DNA of 64,000 nucleotides from assembly GCF_009914755.1 (NCBI RefSeq), contig NC_060948.1. One strand, given 5' to 3'. The notes under the pieces were generated by a model. The model did not search any database. It was given only the letters and a program-made list of their open reading frames with translations, and was not told the origin of the DNA. Each line of letters opens with the position of its first letter. The stretch's first letter is position 1. The position numbers and the translations under genes were made by a program. Below are positions 24,814-38,998 of the stretch, piece by piece. This stretch comes from the human T2T-CHM13v2.0 reference genome, Homo sapiens.

Positions 24814-27800
24814 CGAATGGCATCGAATGGAATGGAATGGAATGCAATGGAATGGAATGTATTAGAATGTAATGAACTTTAATGGAATGTACTCGAATGG
24901 ATTCGACTGGAATGGAATGTTCTGGAAGTGAATGGACTCCAATGGAATGGATTCAAAAGGAATGGAATCGTACGGAATGGAATCTAATGGAATGGAATTA
25001 AATGGAAATGAATCAAATTGAATAGCACGGAATTGAATTGAATGGAATGGAATGCAATGGAATCTAATGAAACGGAAAGGAAAGGAATGGAATGGAATGG
25101 AATGGGCTGGAATGGAAAGGAATCGAAACGAATGGAATGGAATCGAACTGAAGAGACTGGAATGGAATGCACTGGAATGGAAGGGAGTGTAATGAAGGTT
25201 CTCGAAAAAAATGGAATCGACTGGAATGGAATTGAATGGAACGGAATAGAGTCGAATGGAATTGAATGGAATGGAATGGACTAGAGTGAAATGGAATCGA
25301 ACCACAAGGAATGGACAGGAATAGAATGGTCTCGAATTGAATGGAATCGTATGGAATGGCATCAAACGGAATGGAATGGACAGCCACGGAATGGAATGCA
25401 CTCGAATGCAATGGAGTCGAAACTAATGGACTGGAATAGAATGGACTCGACTGGTACGGACTCCAATGGAATGGAATCGAATGGAAGGGAATCGAACGGA
25501 ATGGACTCGAAGGGAAAGACTGCAATGGAAAGGTCTTGAATGGAATGGAAATTAATGGAATGGAATGGAATCGAATGAAATGGAGTCAAAAGGAATGGAA
25601 TCGAATGGCAAGAAATCGAATGTAATGGAATCGCAAGGAATTGATGTGAACGGAACGGAATGGAATGGAATCCAAAGGAATGGAATAGAATGGAATGGAA
25701 TCGAATGGAAAGGACTCGAATGGAAATCACTCGAATAGAATGCAATTTAATAAAATAGGATCAAATGTAATGGAATGGAATGGAAAGGAATCGAAACGAA
25801 AGGAATGGAGACAGATGGAATGGAATGGAACAGAGAGCAATGGTATAGAATGGAATGGAATCATCTGGAATGGAATTGAATGGAATGGAATAATATGAAA
25901 TGGAATGGAATGGAATGGAATGGAATGCCCTTGAATTAAATGGACTGGAATGGAATGGACTCGAACAGAGTGGAATGGAAAGTGTTGAGATAGAATGGAA
26001 TGGACTCCTTTGGAATGGTGTAGTATGCAATGCAATCGACTGGCAGGGAATCAAAAGGAATGTAATCGAATGGATTGGACTGGAATGCAATGGACTCGAA
26101 TAGATTGGAAACGGAATGCAAAGGAATGGAATGGAATAGTATGGAATGGAATGGAAAGGAATGGAGTGGAATAGACTAGAGTGGAATGGAATGGACTGGA
26201 AAGCAATGGACTGGAATGGAACTTTCTTGAATGGACTGGAATCAAACGGAATGGAATGCAATGCAATCAAATGGCATGGAATAAAATAGAATGAAAGAGA
26301 ATCAAATGGAATTGAATCGAATGGAATCGAATGGATTGGAAAGGAATAGAATGGAATGGAATGGAATTGACTCAAATGGAATGGACTAGAATGGAATGGA
26401 TTCGAATGGAAGGCAAAGGAATGGAATCTATTGGAATGGACTGTAATGGAATGGAATGGAAGGGATTGGAATGGACTCGAATGGAATGGACTGCAATAGA
26501 AAGGATTCGAATGGAATGAAAAAGAATTGAATGGAATAGAACAGAATGGAATCAAATCGAATGAAATGGAATGGAATAGAAAGGAATGGAATGAAATGGA
26601 ATGGAAAGGATTCGAATGGAATGCAATCGAATGGAATGGAATCGAACGGAATGGAATAAAATGGAAGAAAACTGGCAAGAAATGGAATCGAAATGAATGG
26701 AGTGTTATGGAACAGACTCAAAAGGAATTGAATGTAATAGAATGGAGTGGAGTGGACTCGAATATAATGGACTGGAATGGAATGAAATCACATGGAATGG
26801 GAACGAATGGAATGGAATGGAAAGGAATGGAATCGAATGGAAAGGAATCGAATGGAAGGGAATGAAATTGAATCAACAGGAATGGAAGGGAATAGAATAG
26901 ACGGTAATGGAATGGACTCGAATAGAATGGACACGAATGCTCAAATTGAATGGACTCGAATGGAATGGAAACGAAAGGAATGTCATCGAATGGAATTGAA
27001 TCGATTGGAATGAAATCGCATAGAATGGAGTGGAATCAAATGGAATTGAATCGAAAGGAAAGGAAGCGAATGGACTGAAATGAAATGGAATGGAATTGAA
27101 TGGAAAGTAATGCAATGGAATAGAATGGAACGAAATTTCACGGAATGAATCAAACTGAATGGAATCAAATCAATGGAATCTAATCAAATGGAATGGAAAG
27201 GAATTGAATGGAGTAGATTGGATTGGATGGGATTGGAATGAAATGTACTGGAAAGGACTCGAATTTCATGAAACGGAATGGAATGAATTGGAACGGAACG
27301 GACTCGAATGGAATGGAATGTCATGGAATGGCATCAAATGGAATGGCATCAAATGGAATGGAATCGAATGCAATGGAATGCTATGGAATGGAATGGAATG
27401 CATTGGAATGGAATGTCCTCAAATGGAATGGATTCGAGTGGAATGGAATCGAATATAATGGAGTCGAATGAAATGGAATTGAAAGGAATGGGATCGAATA
27501 GAATGGAATATACTGAAATGTAATGTAATGAACTCGAATGTAATTGACTGGAATGGAATGTACATGAATGGAATGTAATCGAATGGAAAGTAATCCAATG
27601 GAATAGAATCTAATGCAATAAAACCGACTCAGATAGAGTAGAATGTAGTGGAATGGAGTGCAGTGCAATGGAATGGAATGGAATTGAATGCAATGGAATG
27701 GAATGGAATGGAATGGAATGGAATGGAATGGGATGGAATGGTATGGAATGGATAGTAATGGACTGGAGTGAAATGGACTGGAAAGGAATGGACTCAAATT

Positions 27801-28369
27801 GAAAGGGCTCGAAAGGAATGGAGTCAAATGGAATGGTCTGGAATGGAATGAAAACGAATGTAATGCAATCCAATAGAATGGAAACGAATGGCATGGAATA
27901 TAAAGAAATGGAATCGAAGAGAATGGAAACAAATGGAATGGAATTGAATGGAATGGAATTGAATGGAATGGGAACGAATGGAGTGAAATTGTATGCAGTA
28001 GAAGGGAATAGAATGGAATGCAAGCGAAAGGAAAGGAATGGATTGGAATGGAATGGAATTCATTGGAATGGAAGGGAATGTAGTGTAATGGACAGGCCTG
28101 GAATAAAGTGGAATGCTACGGTCTCGAATGGAATAAAAATGTATGGAAAGGAATGCAATGAAACGGAATCGAATGTCATAGAATGTAATGGAATGCAACA
28201 AAATGGAATCCAAAATCATTGACTGGAAAGGCTGGGTGTCGAAAGGAATTGACTCCAATGGAATGGAATCGAATGGAATGGAAGTGAATAGAATCGAACT
28301 AAATCGAATGGAATGGAATTGATAGGAACGGAATGGAAAGGAATGCAATGATTTGGCATGGAATGGAAT
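24814..28369 (+). repeat. Unit 8 (3556 bp; three 1-bp deletions)
   Basis: Offset 24984->28540. Single-base losses near 25194, 25515 and 27147. Confidence 0.9.
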
Positions 28370-31300
28370 CGAATGGCATCGAATGGAATGGAATGGAATG
28401 CAATGGAATGGAATGTATTAGAATGTAATGAACTTTAATGGAATGTACTCGAATGGATTCGACTGGAATGGAATGTTCTGGAAGTGAATGGACTCCAATG
28501 GAATGGATTCAAAACGAATGGAATCGTACGGAATGGAATCTAATGGAATGGAATTAAATGGAAATGAATCAAATTGAATAGCACGGAATTGAATTGAATG
28601 GAATCGAATGCAATGGAATCTAATGAAACGGAAAGGAAAGGAATGGAATGGAATGGAATGGGCTGGAATGGAAAGGAATCGAAACGAATGGAATGGAATC
28701 GAACTGAAGAGACTGGAATGGAATGCACTGGAATGGAAGGGAGTGTAATGAAGGTTCTCGAAAAAAATGGAATCGACTGGAATGGAATTGAATGGAACGG
28801 AATAGAGTCGAATGGAATTGAATGGAATGGAATGGACTAGAGTGAAATGGAATCGAACCACAAGGAATGGACAGGAATAGAATGGTCTCGAATTGAATGG
28901 AATCGTATGGAATGGCATCAAACGGAATGGAATGGACAGCCACGGAATGGAATGCACTCGAATGCAATGGAGTCGAAACTAATGGACTGGAATAGAATGG
29001 ACTCGACTGGTACGGACTCCAATGGAATGGAATCGAATGGAAGGGAATCGAACGGAATGGACTCGAAGGGAAAGACTGCAATGGAAAGGTCTTGAATGGA
29101 ATGGAAATTAATGGAATGGAATGGAATCGAATGAAATGGAGTCAAAAGGAATGGAATCGAATGGCAAGAAATCGAATGTAATGGAATCGCAAGGAATTGA
29201 TGTGAACGGAACGGAATGGAATGGAATCCAAAGGAATGGAATAGAATGGAATGGAATCGAATGGAAAGGACTCGAATGGAAATCACTCGAATAGAATGCA
29301 ATTTAATAAAATAGGATCAAATGTAATGGAATGGAATGGAAAGGAATCGAAACGAAAGGAATGGAGACAGATGGAATGGAATGGAACAGAGAGCAATGGT
29401 ATAGAATGGAATGGAATCATCTGGAATGGAATTGAATGGAATGGAATAATATGAAATGGAATGGAATGGAATGGAATGGAATGCCCTTGAATTAAATGGA
29501 CTGGAATGGAATGGACTCGAACAGAGTGGAATGGAAAGTGTTGAGATAGAATGGAATGGACTCCTTTGGAATGGTGTAGTATGCAATGCAATCGACTGGC
29601 AGGGAATCAAAAGGAATGTAATCGAATGGATTGGACTGGAATGCAATGGACTCGAATAGATTGGAAACGGAATGCAAAGGAATGGAATGGAATAGTATGG
29701 AATGGAATGGAAAGGAATGGAGTGGAATAGACTAGAGTGGAATGGAATGGACTGGAAAGCAATGGACTGGAATGGAACTTTCTTGAATGGACTGGAATCA
29801 AACGGAATGGAATGCAATGCAATCAAATGGCATGGAATAAAATAGAATGAAAGAGAATCAAATGGAATTGAATCGAATGGAATCGAATGGATTGGAAAGG
29901 AATAGAATGGAATGGAATGGAATTGACTCAAATGGAATGGACTAGAATGGAATGGATTCGAATGGAAGGCAAAGGAATGGAATCTATTGGAATGGACTGT
30001 AATGGAATGGAATGGAAGGGATTGGAATGGACTCGAATGGAATGGACTGCAATAGAAAGGATTCGAATGGAATGAAAAAGAATTGAATGGAATAGAACAG
30101 AATGGAATCAAATCGAATGAAATGGAATGGAATAGAAAGGAATGGAATGAAATGGAATGGAAAGGATTCGAATGGAATGCAATCGAATGGAATGGAATCG
30201 AACGGAATGGAATAAAATGGAAGAAAACTGGCAAGAAATGGAATCGAAATGAATGGAGTGTTATGGAACAGACTCAAAAGGAATTGAATGTAATAGAATG
30301 GAGTGGAGTGGACTCGAATATAATGGACTGGAATGGAATGAAATCACATGGAATGGGAACGAATGGAATGGAATGGAAAGGAATGGAATCGAATGGAAAG
30401 GAATCGAATGGAAGGGAATGAAATTGAATCAACAGGAATGGAAGGGAATAGAATAGACGGTAATGGAATGGACTCGAATAGAATGGACACGAATGCTCAA
30501 ATTGAATGGACTCGAATGGAATGGAAACGAAAGGAATGTCATCGAATGGAATTGAATCGATTGGAATGAAATCGCATAGAATGGAGTGGAATCAAATGGA
30601 ATTGAATCGAAAGGAAAGGAAGCGAATGGACTGAAATGAAATGGAATGGAATTGAATGGAAAGTAATGCAATGGAATAGAATGGAACGAAATTTCACGGA
30701 ATGAATCAAACTGAATGGAATCAAATCAATGGAATCTAATCAAATGGAATGGAAAGGAATTGAATGGAGTAGATTGGATTGGATGGGATTGGAATGAAAT
30801 GTACTGGAAAGGACTCGAATTTCATGAAACGGAATGGAATGAATTGGAACGGAACGGACTCGAATGGAATGGAATGTCATGGAATGGCATCAAATGGAAT
30901 GGCATCAAATGGAATGGAATCGAATGCAATGGAATGCTATGGAATGGAATGGAATGCATTGGAATGGAATGTCCTCAAATGGAATGGATTCGAGTGGAAT
31001 GGAATCGAATATAATGGAGTCGAATGAAATGGAATTGAAAGGAATGGGATCGAATAGAATGGAATATACTGAAATGTAATGTAATGAACTCGAATGTAAT
31101 TGACTGGAATGGAATGTACATGAATGGAATGTAATCGAATGGAAAGTAATCCAATGGAATAGAATCTAATGCAATAAAACCGACTCAGATAGAGTAGAAT
31201 GTAGTGGAATGGAGTGCAGTGCAATGGAATGGAATGGAATTGAATGCAATGGAATGGAATGGAATGGAATGGAATGGAATGGAATGGGATGGAATGGTAT

Positions 31301-31925
31301 GGAATGGATAGTAATGGACTGGAGTGAAATGGACTGGAAAGGAATGGACTCAAATTGAAAGGGCTCGAAAGGAATGGAGTCAAATGGAATGGTCTGGAAT
31401 GGAATGAAAACGAATGTAATGCAATCCAATAGAATGGAAACGAATGGCATGGAATATAAAGAAATGGAATCGAAGAGAATGGAAACAAATGGAATGGAAT
31501 TGAATGGAATGGAATTGAATGGAATGGGAACGAATGGAGTGAAATTGTATGCAGTAGAAGGGAATAGAATGGAATGCAAGCGAAAGGAAAGGAATGGATT
31601 GGAATGGAATGGAATTCATTGGAATGGAAGGGAATGTAGTGTAATGGACAGGCCTGGAATAAAGTGGAATGCTACGGTCTCGAATGGAATAAAAATGTAT
31701 GGAAAGGAATGCAATGAAACGGAATCGAATGTCATAGAATGTAATGGAATGCAACAAAATGGAATCCAAAATCATTGACTGGAAAGGCTGGGTGTCGAAA
31801 GGAATTGACTCCAATGGAATGGAATCGAATGGAATGGAAGTGAATAGAATCGAACTAAATCGAATGGAATGGAATTGATAGGAACGGAATGGAAAGGAAT
31901 GCAATGATTTGGCATGGAATGGAAT
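28370..31925 (+). repeat. Unit 9 (3556 bp; near-identical to unit 8)
   Basis: Offset 28540->32096. Same three 1-bp deletions and identical ORF translations at +3556. Confidence 0.9.
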
Positions 31926-34900
31926 CGAATGGCATCGAATGGAATGGAATGGAATGCAATGGAATGGAATGTATTAGAATGTAATGAACTTTAATGGAAT
32001 GTACTCGAATGGATTCGACTGGAATGGAATGTTCTGGAAGTGAATGGACTCCAATGGAATGGATTCAAAACGAATGGAATCGTACGGAATGGAATCTAAT
32101 GGAATGGAATTAAATGGAAATGAATCAAATTGAATAGCACGGAATTGAATTGAATGGAATCGAATGCAATGGAATCTAATGAAACGGAAAGGAAAGGAAT
32201 GCAATGGAATGGAATGGGCTGGAATGGAAAGGAATCGAAACGAATGGAATGGAATCGAACTGAAGAGACTGGAATGGAATGCACTGGAATGGAAGGGAGT
32301 GTAATGGAAGGTTCTCGAAAAAAATGGAATCGAATGGAATGGAATTGAATGGAACGGAATAGAGTCGAATGGAATTGAATGGAATGGAATGGACTAGAGT
32401 GAAATGGAATCGAACCACAAGGAATGGAGAGGAATAGAATGGTCTCGAATTGAATGGAATCGTATGGAATGGCATCAAACGGAATGGAATGGACAGCCAC
32501 GGAATGGAATGCACTCGAATGCAATGGAGTCGAAACTAATGGACTGGAATAGAATGGACTCGACTGGTACGGACTCCAATGGAAGGGAATCGAACGGAAG
32601 GGAATCGAACGGAATGGACTCGAAGGGAAAAGACTGCAATGGAAAGGTCTCGAATGGAATGGAAATTAATGGAATGGAATGGAATCGAATGAAATGGAGT
32701 CAAAAGGAATGGAATCGAATGGCAAGAAATCGAATGTAATGGAATCGCAAGGAATTGATGTGAACGGAACGGAATGGAATGGAATCCAAAGGAATGGAAT
32801 AGAATGGAATGGAATCGAATGGAAAGGACTCGAATGGAAATCACTCGAATAGAATGCAATTTAATAAAATAGGATCAAATGTAATGGAATGGAATGGAAA
32901 GGAATCGAAACGAAAGGAATGGAGACAGATGGAATGGAATGGAACAGAGAGCAATGGTATAGAATGGAATGGAATCATCAGGAATGGAATTGAATGGAAT
33001 GGAATAATATGAAATGGAATGGAATGGAATGCCCTTGAATTAAATGGACTGGAATGGAATGGACTCGAACAGAGTGGAATGGAAAGTGTTGAGATAGAAT
33101 GGAATGGACTCGTTTGGAATGGTCTAGTATGCAATGCAATCGACTGGCAGGGAATCAAAAGGAATGTAATGGAATGGATTGGACTGGAATGCAATGGACT
33201 CGAATAGATTGGAAACGGAATGCAAAGGAATGGAATGGAATAGTATGGAATGGAATGGAAAGGAATGGAGTGGAATAGACTAGAGTGGAATGGAATGGAC
33301 TGGAAAGCAATAGACTGGAATGGAACTTTCTTGAATGGACTGGAATCAAACGGAATGGAATGCAAGGCAATCAAATGGCATGGAATAAAATAGAATGAAA
33401 GAGAATCAAATGGAATTGAATCGAATGGAATCGAATGGATTGGAAAGGAATAGAATGGAATGGAATGGAATTGACTCAAATGGAATGGACTAGAATGGAA
33501 TGGATTCGAATGGAAGGCAAAGGAATGGAATCTATTGGAATGGACTGGAATGGAATGGAAGGAATTGGAATGGACTCGAATGGAATGGACTGCAATAGAA
33601 AGGATTCGAATGGAATGAAAAAGAATTGAATGGAATAGAACAGAATGGAATCAAATCGAATGAAATGGAATGGAATAGAAAGGAATGGAATGAAATGGAA
33701 TGGAATGCAATCGAATGGAATGGAATCGAACGGAATGGAATAAAATGGAAGAAAACTGGCAAGAAATGGAATCGAAATGAATGGAGTGTTATGGAACGGA
33801 CTCAAAAGGAATTGAATGTAATAGAATGGAGTGGAGTGGACTCGAATATAATGGACTGGAATGGAATGAAATCACATGGAATGGGAACGAATGGAATGGA
33901 ATGGAAAGGAATGGAATCGAATGGAAAGGAATCGAATGGAAGGGAATGAAATTGAATCAACAGGAATGGAAGGGAATAGAATAGACGGTAATGGAATGGA
34001 CTCGAATTGAATGGACACGAATGCTCAAATTGAATGGACAAGAATGGAATGGAAACGAAAGGAATGTCATCGAATGGAATTGAATCGATTGGAATGAAAT
34101 CGCATAGAATGGAGTGGAATCAAATGGAATTGAATCGAAAGGAAAGGAAGCGAATGGACTGAAATGAAATGGAATGGAATTGAATGGAAAGTAATGCAAT
34201 GGAATAGAATGGAACGAAATTTCACGGAATGGAATCAAACTGAATGGAATCAAATCAATGGAATCTAATCAAATGGAATGGAAAGGAATTGAATGGAGTA
34301 GATTGGATTGGATGGGATTGGAATGAAATGTACTGGAAAGGACTCGAATTTCATGAAACGGAATGGAATGAATTGGAACGGAATGGACTCGAATGGAATG
34401 GAATGTCATGGAATGGCATCAAATGGAATGGCATCAAATGGAATGGAATCGAATGCAATGCAATGCTATGGAATGGAATGGAATGCATTGGAATGGAATG
34501 TCCTCTAATGGAATGGATTCGAGTGGAATGGAATCGAATATAATGGAGTCGAATGAAATGGAATTGAAAAGAATGGGATCGAATACAATGGAATATACTG
34601 GAATGTAATGTAATGAACTCGAATGTAATTGACTGGAATGGAATGTACATGAATGGAATGTAATCGAATGGAAAGTAATCCAATGGAATAGAAACTAATG
34701 CAATAAAATCGACTCAAATAGAGTAGAATGTAATGGAATGGAGTGCAGTGCAATGGAATGGAATGGAATGGAATGCAATGGAATGGAATGGAATGTTATG
34801 GAATGGAATGGAATGGATTGGAATGGGATGGAATGGTATGGAATGGATAGTAATGGACTGGAGTGAAATGGACTGGAAAGGAATGGACTCAAATTGAAAG

Positions 34901-35464
34901 GGCTCGAAAGGAATGGAGACAAATGGAATAGTCTGGAATGGAATGAACACGAATGTAATGCAATCCAATAGAATGTAATCGAATGGCATGGAATATAAAG
35001 AAATGGAATCGAAGAGAATGGAAACAAATGGAATGGAATTGAATGGAATGGAATTGAATGGAATGGGAACGAATGGAGTGAAATTGTATGCAGTAGAAGA
35101 GAATAGAATGGAATGCAAGCGAAAGGAAAGGAATTGATTGGAATGGAATGGAATTCATTGGAATGGAAGGGAATGTAGTGTAATGGACAGGCCTGGAATA
35201 AAGTGGAATGCTACGGTCTCGAATGGAATAAAAATGTATGGAATGGAATGCAATGAAACGGAATCGAATGTCATAGAATGTAATGGAATGCAACAAAATG
35301 GAATCCAAAATCATTGACTGGAAAGGCTGGGTGTCGAAAGGAATTGACTCCAATGGAATGGAATCGAATGGAATGGAAGTGAATAGAATCGAACTAAATC
35401 GAATGGAATGGAATTGATAGGAACGGAATGGAAAGGAATGCAATGATTTGGCACGGAATGGAAT
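31926..35464 (+). repeat. Unit 10 (3539 bp)
   Basis: Offset 32096->35635. Markers CATCAGG, GCAAGGCAA, GGACAAGAAT, GAATGTTATG. Confidence 0.9.
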
Positions 35465-38400
35465 CGAATGGCATCGAACGGAATGGAATGGAATGCAATT
35501 GAATGGAACGTATTAGAATGTAATGAACTTTAATGGAATGTACTCGAATGGATTCGACTGGAATGGAATGTTCTGGAAGTGAATGGACTCCAATGGAATG
35601 GATTCAAAAGGAATGGAATCGTACGGAATGGAATCTAATGGAATGGAATTAAATGGAAATGAATCAAATTGAATAGCATGGAATTGAATTGAATGGAATC
35701 GAATGCAATGGAATCTAATGAAACGGAAAGGAAAGGAATGGAATGGAATGGAATGGGCTGGAATGGAAAGGAATCGAAACGAATGGAATGGAATCGAACT
35801 GACGAGACTGGAATGGAATGCACTGGAATGGAAGGGAGTGTAATGGAAGGTTCTCGAAAAAAATGGAATCGAATGGAATGGAATTGAATGGAACGGAATA
35901 GAGTCAAATGGATTTGAATGGAATGGAATGGACTAGAGTGAAATGGAATCGAACCACAAGGAATGGACAGGAATAGAATGGTCTCGAATTGAATGGAATC
36001 GTATGGAATGGCATCAAACGGAATGGAATGGACAGCCACGGAATGGAATGCACTCGAATGCAATGGAGTCGAAACTAATGGACTGGAATAGAATGGATTC
36101 GACTGGTACGGACTCCAATGGAATGGAATCGAATGGAAGGGAATCGAACGGAACGGACTCGTAGGGAAAAGACTGCAATGGAAAGGTCTCGAATGGAATG
36201 GAAATTAATGGAATGGAATGGAATCGAATGAAATGGAGTCAAAAGGAATGGAATCGAATGGCAAGAAATCGAATGTAATGGAATCGCAAGGAATTGATGT
36301 GAACGGAACGGAATGGAATGGAATCCAAAGGAATGGAATAGAATGGAATGGAATCGAATGGAAAGGACTCGAATGGAAATCACTCGAATAGAATGCAATT
36401 TAATAAAATAGGATCAAATGTAATGGAATGGAATGGAAAGGAATCGAAACGAAAGGAATGGAGACAGATGGAATGGAATGGAACAGAGAGCAATGGTATA
36501 GAATGGAATGGAATCATCAGGAATGGAATAATATGAAATGGAATGGAATGGAATGGAATGGAATGCCCTTGAATTAAATGGACTGGAATGGAATGGACTC
36601 GAACAGAGTGGAATGGAAAGTGTTGAGATAGAATGGAATGGACTCGTTTGGAATGGTCTAGTATGCAATGCAATCGACTGGCAGGGAATCAAAAGGAATG
36701 TAATGGAATGGATTGGACTGGAATGCAATGGACTCGAATAGATTGGAAACGGAATGCAAAGGAATGGAATGGAATAGTATGGAATGGAATGGAAAGGAAT
36801 GGAGTGGAATAGACTAGAGTGGAATGGAATGGACTGGAAAGCAATAGACTGGAATGGAACTTTCTTGAATGGACTGGAATCAAACGGAATGGAATGCAAG
36901 GCAATCAAATGGCATGGAATAAAATAGAATGAAAGAGAATCAAATGGAATTGAATCGAATGGAATCGAATGGATTCGAAAGGAATAGAATGGAATGGAAT
37001 GGAATTGACTCAAATGGAATGGACTAGAATGGAATGGATTCGAATGGAAGGCAAAGGAATGGAATCTATTGGAATGGACTGGAATGGAATGGAAGGGATT
37101 GGAATGGACTCGAATGGAATGGACTGCAATAGAAAGGATTCGAATGGAATGAAAAAGAATTGAATGGAATAGAACAGAATGGAATCAAATCGAATGAAAT
37201 GGAATGGAATAGAAAGGAATGGAATGAAATGGAATGGAATGCAATCGAATGGAATGGAATCGAACGGAATGGAATAAAATGGAAGAAAACTGGCAAGAAA
37301 TGGAATCGAAATGAATGGAGTGTTATGGAACGGACTCAAAAGGAATTGAATGTAATAGAATGGAGTGGAGTGGACTCGAATATAATGGACTGGAATGGAA
37401 TGAAATCACATGGAATGGGAACGAATGGAATGGAATGGAAAGGAATGGAATCGAATGGAAAGGAATCGAATGGAAGGGAATGAAATTGAATCAACAGGAA
37501 TGGAAGGGAATAGAATAGACGGTAACGGAATGGACTCGAATTGAATGGACACGAATGCTCAAATTGAATGGACAAGAATGGAATGGAAACGAAAGGAATG
37601 TCATCGAATGGAATTGAATCGATTGGAATGAAATCGCATAGAATGGAGTGGAATCAAATGGAATTGAATCGAAAGGAAAGGAAGCGAATGGACTGAAATG
37701 AAATGGAATGGAATTGAATGGAAAGTAATGCAATGGAATAGAATGGAACGAAATTTCACGGAATGGAATCAAACTGAATGGAATCAAATCAATGGAATCT
37801 AATCAAATGGAATGGAAAGGAATTGAATGGAGTAGATTGGATTGGATGGGATTGGAATGAAATGTACTGGAAAGGACTCGAATTTCATGAAACGGAATGG
37901 AATGAATTGGAAAGGAATGGACTCGAATGGAATGGAATGTCATGGAATGGCATCAAATGGAATGGCATCAAATGGAATGGAATCGAATGCAATGCAATGC
38001 TATGGAATGGAATGGAATGCATTGGAATGGAATGTCCTCTAATGGAATGGATTCGAGTGGAATGGAATCGAATATAATGGAGTCGAATGAAATGGAATTG
38101 AAAAGAATGGGATCGAATACAATGGAATATACTGGAATGTAATGTAATGAACTCGAATGTAATTGACTGGAATGGAATGTACATGAATGGAATGTAATCG
38201 AATGGAAAGTAATCCAATGGAATAGAAACTAATGCAATAAAATCGACTCAAATAGAGTAGAATGTAATGGAATGGAGTGCAGTGCAATGGAATGGAATGG
38301 AATGGAATGCAATGGAATGGAATGGAATGTTATGGAATGGAATGGAATGGATTGGAATGGGATGGAATGGTATGGAATGGATAGTAATGGACTGGAGTGA

Positions 38401-38998
38401 AATGGACTGGAAAGGAATGGACTCAAATTGAAAGGGCTCGAAAGGAATGGAGTCAAATGGAATAGTCTGGAATGGAATGAACACGAATGTAATGCAATCC
38501 AATAGAATGTAATCGAATGGCATGGAATATAAAGAAATGGAATCGAAGAGAATGGAAACAAATGGAATGGAATTGAATGGAATGGAATTGAATGGAATGG
38601 GAACGAATGGAGTGAAATTGTATGCAGTAGAAGAGAATAGAATGGAATGCAAGCGAAAGGAAAGGAATGGATTGGAATGGAATGGAATTCATTGGAATGG
38701 AAGGGAATGTAGTGTAATGGACAGGCCTGGAATAAAGTGGAATGCTACGGTCTCGAATGGAATAAAAATGTATGGAATGGAATGCAATGAAACGGAATCG
38801 AATGTCATAGAATGTAATGGAATGCAACAAAATGGAATCCAAAATCATTGACTGGAAAGGCTGGGTGTCGAAAGGAATTGACTCCAATGGAATGGAATCG
38901 AATGGAATGGAAGTGAATAGAATCGAACTAAATCGAATGGAATGGAATTGATAGGAACGGAATGGAGAGGAATGCAATGATTTGGCATGGAATGCAAT
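35465..38998 (+). repeat. Unit 11 (3534 bp)
   Basis: Offset 35635->39169. Unit-6-like start, unit-10-like remainder. Confidence 0.9.
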
